Shown here: one piece after another, positions 46,580-57,123 of the stretch
Position numbering within the stretch: position 1 is the stretch's first letter
How the letters are laid out: every line of letters begins with the position of its first letter
Assembly (NCBI GenBank): GCA_050251055.1
Contig: JBFWNL010000005.1
Location: 160,001 to 224,000 of the forward strand
DNA length: 64,000 nt
Direction of reading: 5' to 3'
Source of the DNA: Bacteriovoracia bacterium
GTDB lineage: Bacteria; Bdellovibrionota; UBA1018; JBFWNL01
Translations under genes and position numbers: made by a program
The notes under the pieces: generated by a model
The model's database searches: none
What the model was told of the DNA's origin: nothing
The model's input: the letters and a program-made list of their open reading frames with translations, nothing else

Positions 46580-49231
46580 ATGGCGCTCGAGGCTCAATCA
46601 GGAAAGTATATCCGCTGGGCGGTTGCGATGACTGTGGTTTTGCTCACGGTGCCGGTCTTAGCGGGCTGGAATTCCGTCGACGCTGGATATCCATTCGCGC
46701 TTTGGTCCCGCATGCAGTTTAACACCGCTTTGGGATTGTTGTTTTCAGCGGGGTTTGTCGGTTGGACCGGACGGTTCCGGCACCGCGTGGTAGCGAGCTT
46801 CTCGATCGTGGTAGGTGCCTTAGGTGGACTTACGCTCATTGAATATGTGTTCGGAGTGAATTTTGGTATCGACGAACTTTTCCGTCGGGCCATCTCGTCC
46901 ACGGTGGATGGCCACCCAGGTCGCATGGCGCCGAACTCAGCCGGTGCATTTTGTTTGCTGGGATTGGCGGGTTATTTCGTCAGCCGGGAGATACGCGCGA
47001 CGAATCGGCCGGTGTCGTGGCGATCGGTACTCGCCGCGCTCGCCGCGTCCGCGGTCGCGGCAATCGGGCTCGTGACCTTGCTGGCTTTTGGTTTTCGTTT
47101 TGCAGATGGCGCGGATATCGCGTCCTACGCGCGGATGTCCGCACCGACGGCGTTGGGCTTTGCCCTGCTAGGCGTATGGCTGGCCTTAGATATTTTTACA
47201 CGATTACGGCGATCGGTTTCTTCTACCGAGCACTTCCTTCCGGCCGTGGTGGCTTCCTCGATGCTTTTCCTCTCGGTCCTGGTCTGGCAGCATTTATTGG
47301 CTCAGGAAGCGCGAATGATACGTACTGCCGTGGAGAACGCGAACAATAAGCATAAGGAAGAGATCCTCGAGTATTTGAAGCAAATCACCTATGCAATGCA
47401 GCGATACGCCGATCGAGTTGAGTTTCTAGGCACGAAAAATCAGCGCTACTTAGAGCTGGACAGTAAGAACTACTTGGCGGGCCTGCCGGTGTTAAAGCGG
47501 ATCGGCATCACCGATTCTCACTTTAAGGTGATCTGGTCCTATCCGCCGGAGCTGCGACATCAAGTAAGCGGTTTTGACCAATCGGGTGAGGACGTGCGGC
47601 GCGACGCTTTTATGGCGGCGCGGGAAAATCGGATCCCGACCCTGAGCCGAACGGTCGAGCTTCGTTCAGGGGGATTTGGACACCTTCTGCCAGTTGCTTT
47701 GTTCCCCGGGGGAGAATTCGCGGGAGCGGCTTATGCTACCCTACAAACAGATAATATTTTCGCCCAACGTCCGATCTCCCAAGACTTCCATTTACAGGTA
47801 CAAGAAGGTGGCCGCCGGGTTTTCAGCGAGGACGGTCGCACGCCGGCGGTGGTCGGTTTCGCCGATCGACTGGAGATTGCTTGGGGGCTGGCGCGGTGGG
47901 AGGTGGTGGCTATCCCGACGACCGCGTTTGTCGATAGCCGGAGTTCCGCGGCCCCGCATACTATTTTCGCGCTCAGTTTGTTTTTTTCCGCGCTATGCGG
48001 GTTCCTGTTGCGATCGGCCGCGAGGCTTCAGGTCGATCGGTTGAAGTCGATGGACCAGTTAGAACGTGCTTTGTATGACGCGAAGGCCGCCACCCGGGCA
48101 AAGTCAGATTTTTTGGCGACGATGAGCCACGAGATTCGAACCCCACTGAATGGAGTGATCGGCATGAGCAGCTTGCTGATGGAGACAAAGCTCAGTCAAG
48201 AGCAACAAGAGCTTGTGCATACGGTTTCTAACTCGGGTAAGACGCTGCTCAGCCTGATCAACGATATTTTGGATTTTTCCAAAATCGAATCTGGACGAAT
48301 GCAGCTCGAGGAAGTCGAGTTCGATGTCGCCGAAACGCTTCGGGAAATACTGAAACCGTTTGAACTCGCGGCGAAAGGTAAAAACATCTATTTTCGATTC
48401 GACGCCGATACCTACGGCCACCGTGTGATCGGCGACAGCGGGCGGCTGGGCCAAGTGGTCTCGAATCTGGTGTCCAACGCGCTGAAATTCACACCCCAAG
48501 GCAGCGTGCTGATCCGCTTGAATTTACGGGCGCTGGGGGACCGCACGATCATGCGCCTCGAGGTGACGGACACCGGAATTGGGATTCCGGACCAAGCTAA
48601 GAGCCGCATGTTTGAAGCGTTTTCCCAGGCGGAGCAATCCACCAGCCGGAAGTTCGGCGGTACCGGTCTTGGGCTTTCGATTTCAAAGCGTATCGTTCAG
48701 CTGATGGGCGGCACGATCGGCTTCCAAAGCATGCTCGGGGTGGGCACCACCTTCCGGGTGGAGTTTGCCTTCCGTACGGGGCAGGCCATCGCGCATTCTC
48801 CTTCCGGGGAGCCGTCGACGGTAGCGAGCTCCACGAAGCCGCTCGAGGGACGGGTGCTTGTAGCTGAGGACAATCCTACCAATCAGCTGGTGATTGCCCG
48901 CATGCTCGAAAAGTTGGGCTGCAAATATCACCTGGTGGCCAACGGTAACGAAGTGCTCGACGCGCTTCGCGAAGCTCCGTTCGACCTCATCCTGATGGAC
49001 TGTCAGATGCCCGACATGGACGGCTACGAGGCTACCCGGCTCATCCGCCAATCCTCGACGCTCAATCGCGCGATTCCGATCGTTGCCCTCACCGCAAACG
49101 CGGGCGTGGAGGACCGAGAGAAGTGCAACACCGTGGGGATGAACGATTTTCTAACGAAGCCCGTGGATCGGAAGGCGCTGGAGGCCGCGCTCCGACGTTA
49201 TCTCGCCGCCTCCGATCCGAAAGCCGCCTAG
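46580..49231 (+). CDS. Hybrid sensor histidine kinase/response regulator with CHASE-like domain
   Basis: Multi-TM; MSHEIRTPLNG; NA.KFT; GGTGLGL; receiver LMDCQMP...KP. Confidence 0.93.
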   Translation: MALEAQSGKYIRWAVAMTVVLLTVPVLAGWNSVDAGYPFALWSRMQFNTALGLLFSAGFVGWTGRFRHRVVASFSIVVGALGGLTLIEYVFGVNFGIDELFRRAISSTVDGHPGRMAPNSAGAFCLLGLAGYFVSREIRATNRPVSWRSVLAALAASAVAAIGLVTLLAFGFRFADGADIASYARMSAPTALGFALLGVWLALDIFTRLRRSVSSTEHFLPAVVASSMLFLSVLVWQHLLAQEARMIRTAVENANNKHKEEILEYLKQITYAMQRYADRVEFLGTKNQRYLELDSKNYLAGLPVLKRIGITDSHFKVIWSYPPELRHQVSGFDQSGEDVRRDAFMAARENRIPTLSRTVELRSGGFGHLLPVALFPGGEFAGAAYATLQTDNIFAQRPISQDFHLQVQEGGRRVFSEDGRTPAVVGFADRLEIAWGLARWEVVAIPTTAFVDSRSSAAPHTIFALSLFFSALCGFLLRSAARLQVDRLKSMDQLERALYDAKAATRAKSDFLATMSHEIRTPLNGVIGMSSLLMETKLSQEQQELVHTVSNSGKTLLSLINDILDFSKIESGRMQLEEVEFDVAETLREILKPFELAAKGKNIYFRFDADTYGHRVIGDSGRLGQVVSNLVSNALKFTPQGSVLIRLNLRALGDRTIMRLEVTDTGIGIPDQAKSRMFEAFSQAEQSTSRKFGGTGLGLSISKRIVQLMGGTIGFQSMLGVGTTFRVEFAFRTGQAIAHSPSGEPSTVASSTKPLEGRVLVAEDNPTNQLVIARMLEKLGCKYHLVANGNEVLDALREAPFDLILMDCQMPDMDGYEATRLIRQSSTLNRAIPIVALTANAGVEDREKCNTVGMNDFLTKPVDRKALEAALRRYLAASDPKAA

Positions 49232-49301
49232 GCCGAAGGTAGGGATCTAGCGCAGTATCCGTTGGCAACTATTCACGCCCTAAGCGATAATCCAATCTCC
49301 T

Positions 49302-50666
49302 ATGCAGACCGAACTCACGCGCTGGAAAGCGCTTTTGAAAATGGCTTGGCCGCTCATCGTGGCCAATAGCTTTTGGAACATCCAGCTCACGATCGATCGG
49401 GTCTTTCTGGGCAGTTTCTCCACTGAAGCGTTAGGGGCCGCCATGGCGGTGATGGGGGTGTTTTGGGTCCCCATGGCCTTGCTTCAGCAAACCGCCAGCT
49501 ACGTCACGACTTTTGTCGCCCAATACTTCGGGGCAAACGAACATCAGAAGATCGGTGCCTGCTTGTGGCAGGCGCTTTACGTGAGCGTGGTCGGCGGCGT
49601 CCTCTTTTTGGCGTTCAATTTTTTCTCCGCGGGATTTTTCGAAAAGGTCGGCCATGCCCCGAGCATCCAGGCGTTGGAAGTGGAATACTTTAACGCCCTG
49701 GCTTACTCCGCCCTACCGACGGCGATTGTTGCCGCGGTCAGCGGATTTTACACGGGCTTGGGGAAAACGAGCATGGTGATGAAGATCAACTTCGTAGGCT
49801 TGATCTTCAACGTGATCCTCGACTACGCCATGATCTTCGGTCACTTCGGTTTTCCGAGGTTGGGCGTGGCCGGAGCCGGCTACGCGACCGCGATCGCCAC
49901 TTACTTTGGCGCCTTTTACGGACTATGGCGGCTATTCAGACGCGAGAACGAGGCCGCGTACCGCGTGTTTTCGGATCGGCGGTGGAATCCGCCGTTGCTT
50001 AGGCAGTTCCTGAGATATGGGCTGCCGAGTGGGCTCCAGTGGGCGCTCGAGGGTTTGGCGTTTACGGTCTTTCTCATCATCATGGGAAGGCTGCACAACG
50101 GGGAGGCCGCGCTTGCCAGCAGTAGTATAGCCGTGACCGTGATGATGCTTTCCGTGCTGCCCACCATGGGAGTGGCCCAAGCCGTCCTGACGTTAGTGGG
50201 GCAACGGATGGGCGAAAAGAGTCCCGACCGGGCGGCGGTTTGTACCTGGGACGGGGTGAAAATCTCGTCCATTTATATGGGAGTGATCGCGCTCACGTTT
50301 TGGCTCGTTCCGGAATTTTATCTCGCATGGTTCAAGAACGAGCAGAATCCCGCGCTGTGGGCCGAGGTTTCGCGGCTGGTGCCCACGTTGCTAAAGGTCG
50401 TGGGCGTGTTCACTATCTTTGACAGTATCTATCTGAATATTTCGTTCGCCCTGAAGGGAGCCGGCGATACCCGTTTTGTTTCCCTGGTCGCGCTCACCGT
50501 GCCTTGGCCGCTGATGGTGCTGCCCGCGTACCTGGTCAGCGGATACGATCGGGCCGTAGAGCTCGCTTGGATATTCGCCGTGGGTTACTCGATGACGACC
50601 ACGTCCATATTGTGGTTAAGGTTCCGGCAGGGGAAGTGGCGGAGCATGAGCGTAATTCAGATTTAG
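49302..50666 (+). CDS. MATE efflux transporter
   Basis: AWPL; D..F.G; FG.P.LGV.GA..AT; L.GAGDT. Confidence 0.93.
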   Translation: MQTELTRWKALLKMAWPLIVANSFWNIQLTIDRVFLGSFSTEALGAAMAVMGVFWVPMALLQQTASYVTTFVAQYFGANEHQKIGACLWQALYVSVVGGVLFLAFNFFSAGFFEKVGHAPSIQALEVEYFNALAYSALPTAIVAAVSGFYTGLGKTSMVMKINFVGLIFNVILDYAMIFGHFGFPRLGVAGAGYATAIATYFGAFYGLWRLFRRENEAAYRVFSDRRWNPPLLRQFLRYGLPSGLQWALEGLAFTVFLIIMGRLHNGEAALASSSIAVTVMMLSVLPTMGVAQAVLTLVGQRMGEKSPDRAAVCTWDGVKISSIYMGVIALTFWLVPEFYLAWFKNEQNPALWAEVSRLVPTLLKVVGVFTIFDSIYLNISFALKGAGDTRFVSLVALTVPWPLMVLPAYLVSGYDRAVELAWIFAVGYSMTTTSILWLRFRQGKWRSMSVIQI

Positions 50667-50857
50667 GGCTGCCCGTCCGCCTCGGCCATTTTTCTGAGCA
50701 CGAGGGTGATGGTGCGCGAATCCACCCTGGCTCGGCGCAAGAGCAACTCCGCGCGCCCAAAGTCGTCCGCGTCAATCGCCTCATAGAACGCGTCGACTTC
50801 GCCGATTTCCGCGAGCTTTTCCAGGATCAGGGTGCCTTCGAAATCCGTCTCGTCCAT
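50663..50857 (-). CDS. Small acidic hypothetical protein
   Basis: MDETDFEGTLILEKLAEIG...; plausible helical 64-aa protein. Confidence 0.65.
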   Translation of the reverse strand: MDETDFEGTLILEKLAEIGEVDAFYEAIDADDFGRAELLLRRARVDSRTITLVLRKMAEADGQP

Positions 50858-50910
50858 AGGTTGCGAGTAAAAGTGTAGCGCAGCATCCTGGAGAAAGATA
50901 GGGAAGCGGA

Positions 50911-52443
50911 CTAAGGACAGCGGTACGTTACGCCGCTGATGACCCCCGACAGGTCCGGGGGCAGGCGGCAGTATTGCGCCTGTGGATAGGAATAAAAGCG
51001 AGTGTTCTGCAAGACCACATGCGATGCGGTGAAGCTCGCTTCCCACGCCGCCGGCCCAGTAAACTCCGAATCCTTCACGACGAGATTTTTCGTCGGGCCC
51101 ATGAACAAGAAGGCACGGCCGGCCTCGTTCGTCACCTGGTTGTTCACCTGCGACTTCACGATCGCCACGTTCGTGATCGCGATCCCATTGCCGGCGAAGA
51201 TGCCTTGGGCATGAATAATTCCACGGGTCTTTAGCCCGTATATGATCGTGTTTTCGTGGGAGCTTTCGGGTCCGTAAAACTGATAGACGTCAGGATGGTG
51301 ATCGGGGTCGCTCGGTCCGTTTAGGGTGTCGATGGTGCAGTTCACCAAGAGGTCGGTGCCGGTGAACGGATGGCCACCGATGTCTTTGGCCGTGACGTTG
51401 CGTTGAAGCGCGGCGTGCTTGAATCCATCCATCGCGGATTCAACGCTGGTCTCCGTCACGTATTGGGCTTGATATGCCGGATCCACCCAAGTGAGATCCG
51501 TGAAAGGTCCGCGCCCGATGAAGCGCATGCCGTCTAACCAGATTTGCTCCACGCCGGGGTTCTTGGTGCGGAAAATCGTGGTCGGGCGAATCAGCTCGGT
51601 CGTGAGCGTGAGGAAGCGGACCTTGGGGATGCCCAAGGGCATGGAATTCGGGTTATCGACTAGCTTCACCCGGGAAATGAGACTCGAAGGAAGACGGGCG
51701 ATGGTCAGCCATCGGTTTTGCGTCCGGACTTCGTCGTTCCACGAACCCATTCCGAGGGTATGACTGCCCGGAAGGAGATAGATCGTACCTCCGCCGGCGT
51801 CGAAATCGGGGTGGAGGCTGCGATGTTCGGCTTCGATCGCCTTGGCCGCGCGCGAGATCGAACGAAAAGGGTTACTGGAAGTACCGTTGCCCGTGGTGTC
51901 GTTACCTTGAGGGCTGACATATTTGATGGCGCGGGGTAGGCCCCCCCGGGCATTGGCATTCAGGTAGAGCGAGGGCAGGAGGCGTGGGATACCGACGCGA
52001 GGATGGGCGATAGCCCGTACTTCGATACGGCGGTCTGGGAAGTCGGCGGCTTTCAGCGCGACCCAATATTCTTCGGTACGGGATTGCGGATTGACGCTGA
52101 CCTGGGAAATCGACTTCCACGCACCCCCTTCGACGGAGAATGAAACTCTTTCGATGTCTTCCGAGTGGAAAGCGAGCACGCCTACGTGCAGGGTTCCCGT
52201 GAAATCCTGATGGGGCACGACGTTCCAGCGCGCGATAGCCGGATGCGAATATCCGGGCTGGCTGGGCTGTCCCGTAGGCGGGGGGAGAGCGGTGGGGCCG
52301 GTGAAGCCCGTCCCCGGCGTAAGGTATTCTACGCGCAGATTGGTCCCCTCCGCGCCGGATAGCTCGGCTTCAGCTTCCAGTGGGGTAAAATCCTGGGGAG
52401 GGGCGCAGCCCACCAATAGAAGTAAACAAAGAAATTGCTTCAC
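50911..52443 (-). CDS. Lipoprotein with Ig-like and pectin-lyase-like beta-helix regions
   Basis: Lipobox LVGC; YVSP.G.D..G.G...PF.SI; H.DVYQ. Confidence 0.7.
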   Translation of the reverse strand: MKQFLCLLLLVGCAPPQDFTPLEAEAELSGAEGTNLRVEYLTPGTGFTGPTALPPPTGQPSQPGYSHPAIARWNVVPHQDFTGTLHVGVLAFHSEDIERVSFSVEGGAWKSISQVSVNPQSRTEEYWVALKAADFPDRRIEVRAIAHPRVGIPRLLPSLYLNANARGGLPRAIKYVSPQGNDTTGNGTSSNPFRSISRAAKAIEAEHRSLHPDFDAGGGTIYLLPGSHTLGMGSWNDEVRTQNRWLTIARLPSSLISRVKLVDNPNSMPLGIPKVRFLTLTTELIRPTTIFRTKNPGVEQIWLDGMRFIGRGPFTDLTWVDPAYQAQYVTETSVESAMDGFKHAALQRNVTAKDIGGHPFTGTDLLVNCTIDTLNGPSDPDHHPDVYQFYGPESSHENTIIYGLKTRGIIHAQGIFAGNGIAITNVAIVKSQVNNQVTNEAGRAFLFMGPTKNLVVKDSEFTGPAAWEASFTASHVVLQNTRFYSYPQAQYCRLPPDLSGVISGVTYRCP

Positions 52444-52530
52444 GAGGTCCCCCTATCTAGGGCTAACCCGTGGCTAGGGAAGTACTGACGGAAAATAAAC
52501 CCGGTCCCGGCGGACACAAGGGCAGTCGCC

Positions 52531-53181
52531 CTAATTATTTTGAAGCGTACGGGCGTCGAGGATTTTTCGGGTTTTACGGTCGTAGGCGAAGTAGGCGCTC
52601 TTCACTTGGGTATCCACCGCCCACTCCAACTCCATCGTCCACTGGTGGGTCTTCTTTTGGAGCTGATTGGGATCGGGATAGTGGGTCACCACATTGAGAC
52701 TCTTGATCCGGATGGAGTCTGCGTTGAGTCCAGTTTGGGAGGTGACGTGAAGACGGAGCTGGTCATGGAAACCTTCGACAATGTTTCCCTGGTGGTCTTT
52801 GAACGAGAAAAACATGTCCGGCATCGCCGTTTCTTCATTCAGAGTTCTGCCGTTCTGGGCTGAAACCCTGGACTTTAGCTGATCCGCGTGGTTGCGCACT
52901 ACGCACTCCAGATCGGCTTCGGCCTCTTCGAAGGAGGCAAACAGGGGCGAATCGAATTTCCCGGTTTGTTTCCAGTTTTTCCCGGCCTCGGTTTTAATTC
53001 GGGGCCGTCCATCTTGAAACAGTAGGGCGTGGTCGAAGGAAAATCCAGGCTGCTGGGAGATCCAATTTGGGTTGGCCGCGCGCTCGCGGGTGGAAACCAG
53101 CTGACAAGGTTCAATGGGGTCGGCGGCCGATTGTGAGACCACGCCGCTCAACGCCAGCAGAATGAAAGTGAGGTGCTTCAT
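52531..53181 (-). CDS. Secreted hypothetical protein
   Basis: Signal peptide MKHLTFILLALSG...SAA. Confidence 0.6.
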   Translation of the reverse strand: MKHLTFILLALSGVVSQSAADPIEPCQLVSTRERAANPNWISQQPGFSFDHALLFQDGRPRIKTEAGKNWKQTGKFDSPLFASFEEAEADLECVVRNHADQLKSRVSAQNGRTLNEETAMPDMFFSFKDHQGNIVEGFHDQLRLHVTSQTGLNADSIRIKSLNVVTHYPDPNQLQKKTHQWTMELEWAVDTQVKSAYFAYDRKTRKILDARTLQNN

Positions 53182-53257
53182 GCGCCGTAGACTAGCATGC
53201 GATATGGCGCACTGCAATAATTTGACGGCTTAAATCTGAAATTTATGCGAATCTAAG

Positions 53258-53623
53258 TCAACGCCCCTTGGCCGCGTGGACGATGACCTTACATCCCGCC
53301 ATGGCGAAACGCTTCATGTCGAAGGGCATGTCTTTGGGGGCTCCGTATTTTTCCATTTCGATCTTCACCCCCCGAAATACCTTTCGGCTGTGGGCTTTGG
53401 ATTTGTAAGTGATGAAGGCGAAGATGGCGGTTTCGCTTGGCTTCAGTTTGCACATTTTCCGGAAGCCTTGCCCGTGCTTCACGAAATCACTCATGACGCA
53501 TTCGTAGTAGTTGATCGCTCCGTGCTTCATCCAGGCTTTCCGGCCCCATTCCGCCATTTTCTGGTAGGCCTTGAGGTTCTTGCGGGGGATGGGAATGACG
53601 AATCCTTCTACGTATCGGCTCAT
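53258..53623 (-). CDS. DUF1428 family protein
   Basis: YV.GFV.P; HGA..Y.EC; MPFD.KR. Confidence 0.92.
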   Translation of the reverse strand: MSRYVEGFVIPIPRKNLKAYQKMAEWGRKAWMKHGAINYYECVMSDFVKHGQGFRKMCKLKPSETAIFAFITYKSKAHSRKVFRGVKIEMEKYGAPKDMPFDMKRFAMAGCKVIVHAAKGR

Positions 53624-53740
53624 GGTGTTTGCTCCTATTGGGGAAAGAGTTTAGCGAGCCTATCGCGGACGTCCAGCATCAACTCGCCCCGGGACGTTAA
53701 AACCCTTCGCGAACTCGTCATGGTGTGTTAGTTTTTTTCC

Positions 53741-54922
53741 GTGAATCCAATCGATGAATTTGGGTACGTCGCGCTGATCTTTGGTCTTTTCGTCGTCCCC
53801 AGGTTGTTGGAGCGAGTCTATATCCCTTCGGGCATTACGGCATTCTTGTTGGGCGCCATTTCCGTCGCCGTCTTTGGATTGTTCAAGGACGATTCGTCGA
53901 TCGCGCTTTTGGCGGCCCTCGGCATCAATTCATTGTTCCTGTTCGCTGGTCTAGAAGCGAACCTGGAAGAAATATGGTCAAGTCGCCGGGCCATCGCGCT
54001 GCACGTCGTTTCCCGCGGAGTGGTCATGCTCTTGGCGGCGGCGGCGATCTACTTCACGTTCGGACTTCCTCCGATCGTGTCCATTCTTTACGCGCTGGCG
54101 CTCGTGACGCCTTCGGCAGGATTTATCCTGGACTCCATCCAATCCCTGCCTTTGAGCGAAGAGGGGAAGTTCTGGGTCAAGAGCAAGGCCATTGCCACCG
54201 AGCTTTTGGCGCTCGCGCTGATGTTTGTCTTACTGCAGGCTCATTCGGCGCGCGCACTGGCGCTTTCCAGCCTAGGCATGATCTTGATGCTGGTGGCGAT
54301 GCCGGTTTTGTTTCGGCTGGTCTCCCGAATGCTGACGCCCTACGCGGAGCACTCGGAATTCGGCTTCTTTCTGACGCTGGCGGTGCTGGCCGGCATCTTA
54401 ACGAAGAAGCTGGGCGCTTACTACCTGGTCGGCGCATTTATTGTCGGACTCTCCGTTCAGCGCTTTCGTTCGCTCTTTCCCAGGATGGACGTCGATCAAC
54501 TCTTGCACGCCCTCAAGCTTTTCAGCGCGTTCTTCGTGCCGTTTTATTTTTTTCGCGCCGGGAGCCGCGTTTCGGTCGATCATTTCTCGGTGTCGGCGGT
54601 CGGTTTGGGGCTGGGACTTGCGATCGTGGTTTCTGCGCTACGGCTCGGTTCGGTTGCTTTCTCGCGTTGGCGTGCGTTCGGCGAAAGTTTTTCCGCCAGT
54701 AAGCCGATCGCGTTGGCGCTGATGCCCACCCTGGTTTTCGGGCTAGTCATCGCCGGCATCCTTAGGGATGTCTACGGATTGCCTTCGATCTATTTTGGAG
54801 CCCTCATCGTTTACACCGTCGTGGTGACGGTTTTGCCGGGCTTTATCCTGCGGAACACCCGCATTCAAGACGTTCACGAGCCATTTGAACTCGTGGATCG
54901 ACCCTCGGCGGTGAAGGCATGA
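53741..54922 (+). CDS. Cation:proton antiporter (CPA2-like)
   Basis: About 12 TM segments; LFLFAGLE; GAF..G; F.P.YF. Confidence 0.85.
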   Translation: MNPIDEFGYVALIFGLFVVPRLLERVYIPSGITAFLLGAISVAVFGLFKDDSSIALLAALGINSLFLFAGLEANLEEIWSSRRAIALHVVSRGVVMLLAAAAIYFTFGLPPIVSILYALALVTPSAGFILDSIQSLPLSEEGKFWVKSKAIATELLALALMFVLLQAHSARALALSSLGMILMLVAMPVLFRLVSRMLTPYAEHSEFGFFLTLAVLAGILTKKLGAYYLVGAFIVGLSVQRFRSLFPRMDVDQLLHALKLFSAFFVPFYFFRAGSRVSVDHFSVSAVGLGLGLAIVVSALRLGSVAFSRWRAFGESFSASKPIALALMPTLVFGLVIAGILRDVYGLPSIYFGALIVYTVVVTVLPGFILRNTRIQDVHEPFELVDRPSAVKA

Positions 54923-57123
54923 CAACCATGGCGCCGCAGCGAAAACTATTCGGTACGTTCCAAGGGGTGTTCGTCCCGAGCGTACTTACCATCTTCGGCG
55001 TGATCATGTACTTGCGCCTGGGCTGGGTCGCGGGGCAGGCCGGACTGCTCGGCACCATCGTGATCGTCACCCTGGGTACCTCGATCACTTTCTTGACCGC
55101 GCTTTCCATTTCCTCGATCGCGACTAATATGCGGGTCGGCGCCGGAGGCGCTTACTATATGATCTCGCGCTCCTTCGGGCTCGAAGCGGGCGCTGCGGTG
55201 GGGCTGCCCCTCTTTTTCGCGCAGGCCTTGGGGATTTCGTTTTACGTCACGGGTTTCGCTGAAAGCGTCCATGGTTTTTTTCCCGAGCTACCCACGCAAA
55301 CGATCGCGATCGCATCCGTCATTGGCTTGGGAGTGGTCGCCTATTTTTCGGCAAGCGCGGCCCTGAAAACCCAGCTCCTGATCCTGGCGATCATTCTGGT
55401 TTCTCTCGTTTCTTTTTTCCTGGGCGCCGCCCCCGCGGAATCCCTGGCTCGGCCACCGACCGCGGCGCTGCCCGATGTGTCGTTTTGGGCGGTATTCGCG
55501 GTTTTCTTTCCAGCCGTCACCGGTATCGAAGCCGGAGTGGCGATGTCGGGCGACCTTAAGAATCCGTCGAAATCCTTGCCGATCGGGACCCTGGGCGCGG
55601 TTTTGGCGGGATATATCGTCTATCTCTTAATCCCCATTCTTTTGCTCTCTAAAGTTCCGCAGGAAGTATTAAAGTACGACACCACGATTATTCAGAAGTT
55701 CGCGCGCTGGGAAGCCGCGGTGGTCGCCGGGATTTGGGGCGCGACCCTTTCGAGCGCCTTGGGTGCGCTCATGGGTGCTCCGCGAACTCTGCAAGCGATG
55801 GCGCGGGATCGGCTCGTACCTCAGTTTCTGGGCAAAGGATTCGGCGTCTCCGACGAACCACGTTTAGCCACGCTGCTTGCCATTGGCATCGCGATCGTTG
55901 GTATCCGCATGGGCGACTTGAACGTGATCGCGCCCGTGCTTTCGATGTTTTTCCTGACGTCCTACGCATTCATCAATCTCGCCACGTCGGTGGAGGGTTT
56001 GGTCGGCAGCCCGACTTGGCGACCGAGTTTCCGTACCCCTCCATGGATCAGCCTGACGGGCACGGCGGCCTGCGTCTGCGCGATGCTCATGATCGACGCG
56101 GGGGCAACGCTCATGGCGGGGGTGCTGACTTACGCGGTCTATTGGCTGACCAAGAAACGCGGGTTGGCCCACCGCTGGGCGGATTTGCGGCGTGGCGTTT
56201 TATATATGTTGGCGCGTTCGGCCATTTACCGGCTGGATCGTTTCGACGCAGAGGCCGCAAAGACCTGGCGACCCAATCTTTTGGTGATGACCGGTTCGCC
56301 GACCCATCGTTGGTACCTAATTGATCTCGCGCGGTCCTTGACGCTCGGGAAAGGATTTTTGGCGATTTCGACGATCGTACCGAAGGCGGGGCTGACCGCC
56401 GAGCGGCTGTCCTCGATCGAAGGGACGATCCGCCGTTTTTTGGCGGGTAAGAACGTGCCCGCGCTTGTCGAAGTTTCCGCTTCGGATGATCCGCCAGCGG
56501 CGGCCCGGCATTTGGTCGAGAACTTTGGCCTGGGTCCGATCTATCCGAACACGATCTTACTGGGTACCAGTGCTGAAGCGGGTCTACCGGATTTGACGGA
56601 TCTGATCTTTACCGCCCAGCAAGCGCGTCGAAACGTGCTCGTTCTGCGCGACTTGGAGCCCGCGGATCCCGAAGCGCGTCCGAGACGGCATCGCGGGATC
56701 ATCCGCGTGTGGTGGAATCGGGACTTCAAGCAGAACGCAAACCTCATGTTGGCCATCGCGCACCTGCTGCATGGCACGCCCGCCTGGCGGCGATGCGACC
56801 TCCGGCTTTGTTCGCTCGTGCGCTCCGAGCCCGAGCAAGCCGGCGCTTTGGAGTTTCTGGAAGAGTTTTTGGGCAAGGCACGAGTCTCGGCCGAACCCGA
56901 GGTCTTCGTTAAGCCAGCCGAGCGTGGCTGGTATGAATCCGTGGGCGAGCTTTCCGCCGACTCCGAACTCTCCTTGGTGGGGATCAAGCCGTTACAGGAA
57001 GGCGGGAATGAGGCGGATCTTCGCGAACATTGCCGAGAGCTTTTCTCTTCCGCGAAAACGCTCAAGCGGGTACTTTTCGTTTCGGCTGCCCAGGATTTGG
57101 ATTTCCAAAAAATCTTCGACTAG
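54919..57123 (+). CDS. Cation-chloride cotransporter (SLC12/CCC family)
   Basis: GTF.GVF.P..LTI.GVI..LRLGW; GGAY.MISR; FFPAVTG..AG..MSGDL..P; WRP..L. Confidence 0.9.
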   Translation: MTTMAPQRKLFGTFQGVFVPSVLTIFGVIMYLRLGWVAGQAGLLGTIVIVTLGTSITFLTALSISSIATNMRVGAGGAYYMISRSFGLEAGAAVGLPLFFAQALGISFYVTGFAESVHGFFPELPTQTIAIASVIGLGVVAYFSASAALKTQLLILAIILVSLVSFFLGAAPAESLARPPTAALPDVSFWAVFAVFFPAVTGIEAGVAMSGDLKNPSKSLPIGTLGAVLAGYIVYLLIPILLLSKVPQEVLKYDTTIIQKFARWEAAVVAGIWGATLSSALGALMGAPRTLQAMARDRLVPQFLGKGFGVSDEPRLATLLAIGIAIVGIRMGDLNVIAPVLSMFFLTSYAFINLATSVEGLVGSPTWRPSFRTPPWISLTGTAACVCAMLMIDAGATLMAGVLTYAVYWLTKKRGLAHRWADLRRGVLYMLARSAIYRLDRFDAEAAKTWRPNLLVMTGSPTHRWYLIDLARSLTLGKGFLAISTIVPKAGLTAERLSSIEGTIRRFLAGKNVPALVEVSASDDPPAAARHLVENFGLGPIYPNTILLGTSAEAGLPDLTDLIFTAQQARRNVLVLRDLEPADPEARPRRHRGIIRVWWNRDFKQNANLMLAIAHLLHGTPAWRRCDLRLCSLVRSEPEQAGALEFLEEFLGKARVSAEPEVFVKPAERGWYESVGELSADSELSLVGIKPLQEGGNEADLREHCRELFSSAKTLKRVLFVSAAQDLDFQKIFD

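Noticed and set aside
53670-53730. Possible fluoride or other riboswitch between DUF1428 and the antiporter
   Set aside because: Conserved aptamer nucleotides are not present
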